Origin: Torpedo marmorata
Taxonomy: Eukaryota
Direction: 5' to 3'
Length of the DNA: 64,000 nt
NCBI GenBank assembly: GCA_977017645.1
Contig: OZ360236.1
Location: 21,204,001-21,268,000 of the forward strand
This document shows positions 37,420 through 48,794 of this stretch, piece after piece. Numbering within the stretch: the first letter of the stretch is position 1; the number at the start of each line of letters is the position of its first letter. The notes under the pieces were generated by a model. That model was not told the DNA's origin and made no database searches. It saw only the letters and a list, made by a program, of their open reading frames with translations. Both the position numbers and the translations under genes were made by a program.

Positions 37420-37590
37420 AAGGCGGATGGAATGCTCATTTGTGTTACAGAACGCTCTGTGATCCACTACCCGATTTATCAATCACACCTATTGCACTCG
37501 GCTGACAAATGACAGCTTGTGGACGGAAAACAGGTCAACATTCTGGATTTATTCCTGCAGATGTCAAAACGTGCTGTAAACAAACCCCTT
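37420..37590. promoter_or_regulatory. Candidate intronic enhancer (motif cluster)
   Basis: GGAATG (TEAD), overlapping TTATCA / ATCAATCA / TCACACCT (GATA / PBX / T-box), TGACAG (MEIS), TGTAAACA (FOX) within about 160 bp of unique sequence. Confidence 0.4.
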
Positions 37591-39130
37591 CCTTAAAGGA
37601 GTTAAAATGTACTTTTTAAAACTTTAAATTCAAGCTGCTTCCTCAAACGAAGTCGATTCAACAATCTCCCTTCATCCTATCGTTCACTTCTGCATTACAC
37701 GATGTTTGTATCAGTAATTGTGAGCTAGATTGGAAAAGGAATTTACTAAGACACCCCTTCGCATCGTTCTTAAATTTTTTTTAGGAAGGCAGCGGATTTA
37801 AATCTTGGTAAACTGGTGCTGGCTGCGTGTTGAAAATTCATGCACATTTCCAATAACTAGAATCACAATCAGAATTTATTGTCATGAACAATTCATGAAA
37901 ATCGGTGTTTTGCGGCAGCATCATAGTGCAAACATTCATATTATAACCATATTACCATATCATAACCACATTACCATCAAACTAGCGTTTGTTGGTAGTC
38001 AGAAGATTGTTATGAGAAGGGTATTTTACAAATCTGAGACTATATAGGAATAAATGTAATAGTGTGTTTATAAAGACACATATGTTTTAAATCGATTGAT
38101 TTTTATATTCACATTAATATATTTTAGAGTACTCGTGAAATTGTTAGGTGTTGGAACGTGTCTTTCACTATGAAGGATTAGACAACTACCGCCGAACTTA
38201 ATCTAAATTCCTGTGATAAATCTTATCAATGTGTCCATTTATCACTTAATTAATTTAATATCGAACGATGCAAAGATACCAAATGTATCTAATATTTGAT
38301 AGCACGTTTCAATGGGCTGTTAAAATATTGAAAATGTCCCCTCTGTTAATTCCAATCTATGACAGTTAAAAGTGGACGTTGAGTATTAGCAGGTAAAGAA
38401 GTGTGATACTTGGGATGGTCGATCAAGTTTCACTGTCTCTTTCTATCTTCATCTATGGTAAATAACGGGTGTATTTGCAGATTGTTTTCGAGATTGAGTC
38501 AAAGGACTTATAGACTTTTTAAAGAGTATGCGCTGAGCTAATGTGATCCAGTAAAGTGCTTAATAGGCTTACAAGCCATAAATTTCTAATGTTACTTTAA
38601 ACATCTTCAAAACAGTTAGTGTTAGAAAATGTCTCAAAGAGCATTGTCGAGTCCAGATTCAGCCGATCCACATTGTTTAATGTTTTCGGGCAATGACATA
38701 AATTACTGCCTTGCATTTGCTAGTCTGAATATTTGCAGAGATAAACACACTTCAGTGTAACCAATCAAACTAAACCAGTCCTCGGTATTTTTATTACTTC
38801 AGAACTCCATTCTTTTTTTTCAAACTAGATTTCCAGACGCCGAATGAAATGAAGTATTATGATGTTTAACGTGGCCATAATAAGGCCATCTCCGAATTTA
38901 GTTTCGAACGTTTATTCTTTTCTATGTACCAGGCGCAAAAGCAGTGTTTAAAGACGTCGCATTTCCAGAAAGATAATTGTGATGTGTACTATTTATAAAT
39001 TACCGCCACGTATTTATTTAAATATGTAGCACACAGAATAACATTTAGCTGAAAATTTAAATGAAATGGGATCTGCCGTTTTCTTTTTAAAGATATGCTA
39101 AAAAATTAAAACAAACACTTGGTCTTGTCA

Positions 39131-39252
39131 CGAGTAAAACACGAATACCTTGATGAAGGGCTCAAGCCCGAAACGTTGGTTATGTATCTTTATCTTTGCT
39201 ACATAAAGTACACTCTTTGACGTGCTGATTTTCTCCAGCATTGTGTTTTTAC
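39131..39252 (+). mobile_element. Short Penelope-derived insertion with hammerhead-like motif (39147-39180)
   Basis: acc-TTGATGAA-gggct(ca)agccc-GAAA-cgtt-ggt, preceded by an inverted terminal stub gagtaaaacacgaa. Flanks tggtcttgtca / tggtcgtgtca. Confidence 0.78.
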
Positions 39253-40649
39253 TGGTCGTGTCATGTTGTTTTTGATGTAATATCTTGATTCGTTCGTTTT
39301 GCCGAAAGTTCTAAACAGATGACGAGTAAGTATAGAGAATAAATGACTTTAGTGGCTTCAAACTACCTGCTGCAAAACTGAATTGGACCACTATCTCCCC
39401 AGTAGATACACCCTTTTTGCCTGTGTCGTAGAGGCCGACTGGTCGCAAGAATTACTGGAAAGACCAGGGTCAAACAGATAAAAAGAATGATTTGAAAATG
39501 AATTGTTTAAATGACACATTTCATGTATATTAAAATAAAATATACAGAAAGTGTTGTCTCAATGTACAGGATAATTTAACTTTTTTACAATTTGTATCTG
39601 GTTGAGAGAATCGCATCTGTCAAAAAAAATGTTTTGTTGCAAAACTTAACTTCCCAGAAAGTCGCAACTATTTGTTCGAGCCAACTTAACACATGGATGT
39701 TCAAGCGGTGACTTAATTTGCATGGTTTGTCCAGAACTTAATTCAACAGAACTTGTCCAGCGACTCTCTACAATTATAATTTACACTATGATCAATAAAA
39801 CAATATAATCAAACTAAAATTAACAATTTTAATTTTTATCCATCGTTATTTTGTCAACAGTTCCAATGAAAATATTGCTGTTTCAGTAAGATCTTTTAAA
39901 TTTTAAATGTGCCAACGCGCATGAACACAACATTAGAAAGTGGACAATTAATTCTCTAAGACAGTCCAACTTGGCAAAGTGAAATCCAGTCCTAAATTGG
40001 GAATAGCTTTAGAACGACCTATTTACAGATGTCAGTGCGTAATAGTTTGCGATGAATGAGTTTTCGGTGTGGAAGCAATTGCTAATCGGCATCACAACAC
40101 TTGGACTACAGTCTACCCAAAACGGGTGAAAAGGTGGCCCATTTTTAAAACAAAATGACAGTCGAAGAGTGTGATAAATCAAACACTGACTGTAATTTCA
40201 AGCTATTAGGTACACAGTTGCCCCGAGGTCACTGCGAGTGCTCCGGCCCTCCGCTGCGCTCCGGGTTTGTCATGTTCATCATAGCCCTGGGCTGAAACAC
40301 CAATTCCGATTACACGCGAAGAAAATTTCAGGTAGTAACAGTTGAAATCGGAAAATGAAGTTGTTAATTGTTATTCAGGAGAGAACCCGCTGTTATTGAA
40401 AGAAGATGAATATTATTCCCCAAATTGAATTATATTTGGGGGGTTGTGGGTTATAAAGTATCCTGTGGCTCGTCAGATCGTAATGTTTGTTCCAACTTTG
40501 CCGCAGTTACAATATGTGCAGCAATATTTGTTCAAAGGGGCCTCCAATCGTATACAGGACATACGTCTTTAATGGTACGAAATATTTATTTGGACTCGAG
40601 CGGTTGTACTGCCCTCTCCAATTTTTTGAAATGAATGTCAGTGACTTAC

Positions 40650-41178
40650 CCAGACTGGATCTCCTGCCAGACATGGAGACTTGTCTTGCCTGAAGGCTGT
40701 GAATCATCGAGCTCTCGAACGGTCCAGGTGGCCAGGCTGAAGTCATCTCTGGCCCGACGTAGGTAGGATACGGACTGGAATAGGTTCCGTTCACCGATCT
40801 GACCAGGGCATTCCCGTACTGCTCCCTGCCACCGGCGCTGATGACCAAAGGGTTGGTGTACGCCGCATCCCTCCCTGCGCCGTGGCTCATGGGGGGACTG
40901 TGAGAATAGGAGAAGGTGGTCGAAGGATGCGGGCTACTGGCGTTGAATCCAGAGTTTTCTGTGACTGATTGCGGCCAGCCCGTGTGATTGCTCAGGTGAT
41001 GACTCTGATGGGCTGAATCGCAGTTCTGGAGGTAGGGTAGGCTGGGTAACATGGAAGGGACGCGAGTTGTCGGCACGTACACGGGTGAGCCCGCCGAAGA
41101 ATGCATAAAATTGCCGGAAGCCTCGTGGGGATAGGTCGGTTGTCCATGGTTTGCAGCTAGCGCCAAACTTTGGTACAT
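40650..41178 (-). CDS. GATA5: GATA5 first coding exon (exon 2, transactivation domain)
   Basis: MYQSLALAANHGQ..SPVYVPTTRVPSMLPSLPYLQ..FSYSHSPP..SWPPGPFE. In-frame TAG two codons upstream of the ATG. Donor G/gtaagt, 529 nt, phase 1. The six exons total 1200 nt (399 aa). Confidence 0.95.
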
Positions 41179-41385
41179 TTTCTATCCGACCCGAAGCCCT
41201 GATGCGTCACGAAAACGAATGCACACTGAAATTGTTTAAACTCTGAATGCACTCAAATTGCCTTCACTTTGAAATCAGTTCATTGCTAATTGTGTAAATA
41301 AGAGGGGTCCCTCAAAACGAAGACGACCGCGGGAAACCGTCAATGTTCCTCTATTCACGCTCTGACCTCTCAGCGAGAAATTCAC
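41179..41385 (-). other. GATA5: GATA5 exon 2 5' UTR portion
   Basis: Strong acceptor atttatttgtttcag/GTG at 41386-41387. Confidence 0.7.
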
Positions 41386-41685
41386 CTGAAACAAATAAAT
41401 AGATCACAATTATAAATGACTCATGGTACAATCTGTCGTCCAGTGTTCACCACCAGCTTGATGCGCTCCCCAAAGTGAAATACCTGTTCTAAGTGACAAC
41501 TTCCCCTTAACTTTAAGCCCACGACCTTTGAGCAAGTTCTATTTCAACATTTTAAATGGGGTCATCTAGAGTTGATATTTTAAAGTAATGTTTTGTTCTA
41601 AATATACCGGCCGAGATGTTGATTTAAAATAGACTTCCGGGGTTGCAGAATGCATCAAAGGCTCTTTCTAAACTGTGATTCCATA

Positions 41686-41828
41686 CCTTGATGAAGGGCT
41701 CAGGCCCGAAACATTGGTTATGTATCTTTATCTTTGCTATATAAAGTACACTGTTTGACCAGCTGAGTTTCTCCAGCGTTGTGTTTTTACTTCAGCCACG
41801 GTGCCTGCAGACTTTCGTCTTTTACTAC
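41686..41828 (+). mobile_element. Short Penelope-derived insertion starting at the hammerhead-like motif
   Basis: 10-bp TSD tgattccata at 41676-41685 and 41829-41838. Begins ccttgatgaagggctcaggcccgaaacattgg. Confidence 0.8.
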
Positions 41829-42340
41829 TGATTCCATATGGTTATTCTATGATTTAAGACAAAATTTCAGGATCTGTTCTGACTAAAACAGATCCGGTAG
41901 AATAAGATTTGCAACTTCACAATGCACATAAGGCATGAATAATTTCTCCAGCATGAAATATTTTCTAGTGTTAATCGAATAAACAATATAACTTGTGTAT
42001 ATTAATCCAATTTTAAGGTTTCCGCGACTGTGGCAGAAATTTAAAATACAGTATATATCGTGGAGTCATGAGCGTTTATAGAATGCCTGTCCCTTTACCC
42101 GAAGGCGCCCTATAAAACTTTCCACCTTGGGGTTAAAGTCGTTATTATCTCTGACCACACAAATCACAAAAAAATCGATAACTGCGCTGCTCTAAAGTAA
42201 TAGCAAGGTTTTACACGGCATCCTCTATCTATGCGATAAGGAAACTTGACAGATAAGGGCGAGGAGGGAGAGAGAGAGAAAAAAGTCTCCACCCGGCAGA
42301 TTCATTGACTGCGGGGGATTACTTTAAACAATACACTTAC

Positions 42341-42600
42341 GACCGAATCCAGAGCGGCCAGACGCTGAAATGAGTGGAGAAAATAAAATATCCGAGAAGA
42401 ACTCTTATTGTCCCCACTTTTGCTTGTGCACCAGTTTCCAAGATTGCAGGGCGACGATTGTAATTTGTCAGTGGGACGTGCGCGGCGAAGGAACTGTTGA
42501 TCAGGGTGCTTCTGATACCGACTGACCTGTCTCCTATCTTGATTGGTGACTTGTTTCAGAAAGCTGCCTGTGTTTTTCTCCGCTCCAACTGTGCCAATTC
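42341..42600 (-). other. GATA5: Probable non-coding exon 1 of GATA5 (5' end uncertain)
   Basis: Consensus donor GTC/gtaagt at 42340, downstream of an E-box element. GATA4/5/6 genes typically have a non-coding first exon. Confidence 0.55.
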
Positions 42601-42720
42601 ACTGAGCTAATTGTAGCCCCGGGAATCACGTGACGCACGCCCTCCTCCACTGTATTTACATAGCAGGACACTGTATTCTTAAAGAGACAGGGTGCCTATT
42701 CGTGGAGCGTCATAAAACAA
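42600..42720 (-). promoter_or_regulatory. Probable GATA5 proximal promoter with USF-type E-box
   Basis: TCACGTGAC at 42626-42634 next to a GC-box-like cgccctcctcc. Confidence 0.55.
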
Positions 42721-45700
42721 TTTGAAGAGCGTTATTAATGTGAAAGCAGGTTACACCGATTAGCCATTCCCTTCTCATTATTAATATAATACTCCGGTTT
42801 TGGAAATGAAACAAAATAAAGTGCTAAAATGAAAGGAAGCATTCCTGAAATCATACTGTCAATGCTTCAGATACCCCTATTGGTTGCATACTATGACCCT
42901 TCATAGGTCTACATAACCGAAATGAAACCCAAACTTAAATTCAACAGGGCAACACAGAAATTTTATGAAGTCAACGATTGTGAAAAGCATCCCGATTTCT
43001 TATAGGACATGGTTTTGATAACTCTATAATATTGATAGGCATTTCGTGACTACTAAACGTTGTCAGGAAGATCACTGCATTTCGATGTTTTTGAAAACAT
43101 GAAAGTGGAGAATTCATCTTCAGCCTTGTGATGCGCATGTCTGAAATTGCAGCGTTAGAGGCAGGCTGTGTTTAAAATTCATCGTATTAAGTTTTCAAAT
43201 CCCACAATTTATCTGCAGATTTGAATATTTTCAGATGATGCAAATTGCGAAAGTGCGTTTAACAGAGACGGCGACCAAGTCCAGCACCCCCATGAACGTC
43301 AATGACAGGATTACCGCGGTAACAGTCCGTGGAGCTCTTATATAAAATCTCTATTTCGTCCGTCCCCTTCTGGTACAAAATGTTAGTTTCGGCATAGTGG
43401 GAGTTTATTCCCCGTGGTTTCAATATATGACATTAATTTCGCACACAAAATATAAAAGTGGAAGCAGTTTATTTACATGCATTTAAATGCACGGCGCTCA
43501 ACCCTCGAGGTGGCTTCATTGAGTATAACATGACAAATCGTTAGTATACACGCATATTTACTTTGGTAGAAAGTCACTTTGGGACATTGTAAAGGCGCTA
43601 TATAAATGCAAGTCTTTAATTTCTAATATATTAGTTCATAGGTTTTCAAAGGTGCCGCGCTCCTGCTTATGAACCTGGGATGATATCCATCTATATCGGT
43701 GTTATCATTTTTTTTTAGTTCATAGATTGTTTCATGTCTCTGATCTTTAAAAAAACGGGGGAATGTATCCTTGATTCTCAATCAGTAAATATAGTTTATC
43801 GTTCTAATGATGCAGGAAAGAACATCCGCGCCACTCTCAAAGGAAGATTCTTCACAATCTGACGTTTCTAAAGCGCAGTTGGAAAGCATTTCCTTGCGTG
43901 CCGGCAAAATAGTAAGGTTACTTAGATGGAATCAAGAGGCTGGATGCTGGAAAATGAAGTAAAATAAAACCCAGCAAACAGTAGGAGGAACTCAGCGGAT
44001 TGAATAGCCTCTGTGGTGGGGAAAGAGTTGGTCGATGTTTCAGGTCGAGACCATCCTGCAGATGTTACTTTTTGAACAAGGTTATGTGGATGCCTGGTAT
44101 GGGATAATGGTAGTGCATGGTTTGTAGAAAGAGAGCAACAAGCAAATGTTTCGTTTGCAGTCGTTCATTCCTCTCTTTGAATACAACTTTGTCATTCTGT
44201 CCGGCAGGCATGGCAGATTTCAAAATTCTTTTTAAAAAAGGATTTCGAATGAGGTCGGTGTGGATTTACAACATTCTTCAAGAGATCAATTTTAAAGGAG
44301 AGAAACGGCATTTGAAGCCAAGTTAAAATAACTTCGGTCAGGTTGACCTGGTGTTTTTCCTTCATCAGCCCCAATCCGGAAAACAGCCCGCACCAAGTCA
44401 GTTAACTTGCCACTTGCATGTTTTTAATAATCATTTATAAAATGCTGCAGTATTGGCAGGTTATTGAGGATAAGCAGGATAATCTGTACATTATTTTACA
44501 AGCAATATCCTAACCATCTAAAAGGGCCGTTGTGTTATGCAAAAATATTTTTACAGATTTTTTTAAACGAAGACCTCTATAAACACTGTCCACCGCTCCC
44601 CAGTGACAAGCAGGTTATTATTATTTCTGCAGACAACAGTGAGTCTTTACAACCTAAGATCAGAAGGAATCTTCGCCTCTGTTATTTAATTGCTTGGGTT
44701 GTTTTCTTGAATTATATCTCTTTCCCACTTTTCACCAACACCTCCCTGCAATTTCAATAAAAAAATTCTAACATTAAGCCTTTTCAGTTATAGCTTTTAC
44801 CATTTCAAAATGTTTTCTTTTTAACTGAAGATAAATGCATCTCGGTCATCTTAAAACGGGCTTTCTTTCCGAGGCTGACTTCTCGCTCACATCAATAGCA
44901 GCGGCGTAACTTTTATTTGATCAACAGTTAAATTTAAGACGCAGCTCGAAATCTCACCTTTCCAACGACAAACATCTACAATTCAGGTTAGTTTCAGAAT
45001 AGCAATGGCATACAAGCCAATCTTTTAACTTAATTTGTTTCACAGTCTTAAATCGTTTTAAAAAAGTTTCAAGTGGAAAAAGAGCATTTTCAAATAATCG
45101 TTTTTCCCCCTAAATAGATTCGTTCTAACGATGCTGTGAGAAGACGCGTTGAATTTTGATTAATGGACGGAGATATCATGACAAAACCGTGAAGGTAATA
45201 ATTATCTCAAAGATGAGGAGTAAATGAACTGATTGGACTGCGAGCAATTGTGATGTTTGTTGTCTCTTAGTTAGTCATAAATGGCTCCTGACAGTCGACC
45301 GAAATTTAATTATATCTAAACAGTAAACAGTAAAATCCCCCTGTACTGGATTATTTTAATATAATTTAGATCAGCTCCGTGATTGTATTAGCCGCGTCTG
45401 CTCGGTTTCAGAGCAACACAATGACCTATTGAGTTGGCCGACTTGAGACGTGAGGGGGAGGCTTGCAGGGAGGGGCAATCAAGTGAAAAGAAAATGTCAG
45501 CCTGTACGTTTGTCTTCGACTGATAATGTAAATAACTACTTAATTAAAGGAGACAGAGAAACACGTGTGTGCGCTTGTAAGTACGCAAGCGTGTGGAAGA
45601 GAGAAATGTCCTTGTTCGGATTTTCTTGTTACTGAGAGCAAAACGCTGCATTAATGTTTAACATGATAAACTCATTGTATTTCCATTGCTGTGTACGGTA

Positions 45701-46984
45701 CCACATTGCAAGGTATTTTGTTTGAATTATTTTTATAGATTCTTAAATTAACAAGTGTAAAACGAGCTCTCAAAGCAATTGATACGCCTACTTCAAGTGT
45801 GTGGAAGGTATGAGATGAATGGAGGCTATAAATCATAAAATCATGCTAATTGATTATACCGAGGAGGCCATTCGCCCTATCTAATACATCTCCATAAGAG
45901 AAAAATAAAACGACCCAAACTGATCCCACAGTAAATTCATCTTTCCTAAAGTCTAAAAACTGCCCTCAACACTCTTTTCGGGTCGTGAGGTCTAGATCCT
46001 CAACTACATTTTAATCATTTTACTATTTACCTTTTAGATTCGTGGCCTCTTGTTAAGATCTTACAATGCGTTATTTTTAAAACATCGATCACACGATCGT
46101 TTTGTTATTTTTATTTATTTCAACTCGGAATGTCTGATTGCGCGTCTTTAGGAATTAACGTATTTTATATTACGAACAGGTTTTAACTAAATCGGCTGAC
46201 TTCAACAATTTAGAAATAGTCAAACGCAGACGCTCTTTGCAAATAGATAACGAATTTGAGCGTTTTCTCATGGCTTCAATACAATAGTAACTTTCCTAAA
46301 GTACTCAAGCGATCCCAGGCAACAGAATACAACTTGATATCAGTGACCTCGTTGTAAAAATCATTAAGTTTATCATTGCAAATGCTGGAAATACTCAAAT
46401 CAGGCAATTCCGGTGTGGAAAGAAAGTCTCAAATATATGATAATCATCGATCTAAAGTGTTGATCCTTTCTCTCTCCGCTGATGCTGACTGGCCTGCCGA
46501 GCACATTCTGTTTTTATTTCAGATTTCTAGCATCTAAAGCAACATTTTGCAGCCCGTTGTCATCTCCAGCTGAGTGACGGGATCGTTTACCAGCAGCGTA
46601 TGATTGTGTCTGCATGTCTGCGTGTGATTCTAACGCTCTCTTTAAATATAAATAGTAGTTGATGCCTTGTAGGAGCTGTTATAATCGAAATTATGTTTGC
46701 GCGATAGGTCAAAAAATAGCTTTGGAGCATAACTTCATCTTAAATATTTAACTTATACTTTAGCAATGTTTCTATGTATTATGACAGCAGCCAACTCAAT
46801 ACCAACTCAATATTTCTTTATTATTCCTGCAGGACTGTTACAAATAAATGATGTGTGTTGAGTCTGGTTAATGTGGCAAGCTATTCACTTCAGATAAAAT
46901 TATTGCTCAGAACGAAAACGCGGGGAAGTATAAATACTAGATGAATGGCATAAATGTCATTAAATCGTAAATATTAAAACCAGC

Positions 46985-47231
46985 GAATCAGAGTCAGAAT
47001 TTATTGTGAAGATTTATTGTGAATCAGAATTTATTGTGAACATTTCACGAAATTCGTTGTTTTGCGGCAGCATCACAGTGTAAACATTTCTATAAGCCAG
47101 CTTAAAAAATAAATATAAAAACAGTGCAAGAAAAAGTCAAAGTTAGGCAGAGTCTATGGATCATTGTTCATTCAGAAATCTGATGGCAGAGGGAGGAAGC
47201 TGTCCTTGTGCCGCTGAGTCCTCGTCTTCAG
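46985..47231 (-). mobile_element. Rex1-type LINE 3' end
   Basis: Homologous to 29303-29510 (gttcattcagaaatctgatggcagag). Confidence 0.8.
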
Positions 47232-47625
47232 TGGCAACGTTATTTTTTAAAAAAGGCACGGATCTTGCATTGAAGTAAGCAGATTATCTTCAAAATTCAT
47301 CCACACTGTACTGGACCTTTGGCCCATTTCCCCCACCGAGCGGCGTCTTGTTGTCAGTCAGGTATTCGGTTAATTCACCAATTCTTTGGATTTAACTCAG
47401 AATTGGAGGTCAGCTCTTCGTGTCGTATCGCTTTATTTCCCCAGCAATCTCGCTCTGCTCTGAGTGTGCGTTGTTTAATTTGAGTGGTTAAAATATACAA
47501 AGAGAACCCCTCAGTTGTCCAGGTTCCCTGGTGTCGCTACATCATGCCTCGTCCTCTTATCCGCATCTGTTGCTTTCTGCTGGCAATTATTAAAGTTATC
47601 TGTCTCATTGTTAATGTAGACGATT

Positions 47626-47935
47626 TGAAGTAAAAACACAATGCTGGAGAAACTCAGCAGGTCAAACAGTGTACTTTATGTAGCAAAGATAAAGGTACAT
47701 AACCAACGTTTCGGGCTTGAGCCCTTCATAAAGATATCACTCTCTGGATACCCTTTATCACCCCTTTCTCTCTATCGACTACATGGCGTCTTTTTCCTGA
47801 TCTAGTCTTGATGAATGGTTTCGGATCCAAACATTGACCGTTCTTTTACTCCCACTGATGCTGCTCGACCCGCTGAGTTTCCCTAGCAGTTTTGGTTTTG
47901 CTCGAAATTCCAGCATCTGCAGTCTCTCGTGTGTC
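47626..47935. mobile_element. Two Penelope-derived short repeats in inverted arrangement
   Basis: 47626-47730 is a reverse copy of the 39147 family, truncated in the hammerhead core. About 47760-47935 is a diverged forward relative (cttgatgaatggtttcggatccaaacattg). Confidence 0.7.
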
Positions 47936-48794
47936 TGGCGTCTTTGTATATTGGATTCCATTTTTTGTTCGTATTGCTGCTGCTGATGTCAGTGTAGGTC
48001 CAGGCTCGCAGTACTGATCACTGTAGGTGGTCCCTCACTCTAGTTTCGCGATGCGTAAGATTCTTCGGAGGCTGAGGGGGTGGGGGAGGGGGTGTGGGGG
48101 TGGGGTGGGTAATTCGGCATCTACCGACCCATTCACAGGGTATTCCGAAGATTTGGCAATTTCACAATGACCAGTCCTCAATGCTCTGTTGTTTTTAATC
48201 ATCTCCTTATCTCTACCAGCTTTCTGTGTGAGTACCTATCTGGGTCCTGGGCTCTTTGCCTCCGAGTGTGTGTCAAGACAGATTCTGTCTTTGAACTGAC
48301 TGGCAATTCCCTTCTCACTCACACACTCTGACCTGTATTTGAGTTCACACTCCCTGAATAGGTCAAGATATTATAGAACTGTAACATGATTACAGCACAG
48401 GAGGCTCCAGGCCCCAGACCCAGAGGGTTCCCTACACCCTTTCCCTGTAGTCCTACATGTGTTCCCCTTCCAAGTGCTGACTGGTTCTCTTTTGAAACGG
48501 AATCTGTTCTTATTCATTTTTTTAAAAATTATTTTATTTAAACTTTTAAATCACAAAATACATAGAGTAAAATATAAAATTGTCCAAATACATGTGATAT
48601 ATTTTCACCCCCCCCCACCTCCCTCCCCTCCCTAGCCCCCCCCCCTCCCCACTAATCTAATAATATAAAGTAACAGTAAAAATAAAAATAGAAAAAAGAA
48701 AAGAAAGGAAAAGATAGAGTAAGGGGAATATCATCTATAAACTAATTCTATTACGGAGGTCAAGTTTGCCAGCAGATCCGATATCTAGAGATCT

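Noticed and set aside
40507-40649. ORF-track tail KSLTFISKNWRGQ.. of the 223-aa ORF
   Set aside because: Read-through past the gtaagt donor into intron 2. The VSSLVDLES tail after exon 3 is the same artefact.
48074-48110. G-quadruplex-capable G-run tract
   Set aside because: Low-complexity tract with no functional context; similar tracts occur in L1 3' UTRs here.
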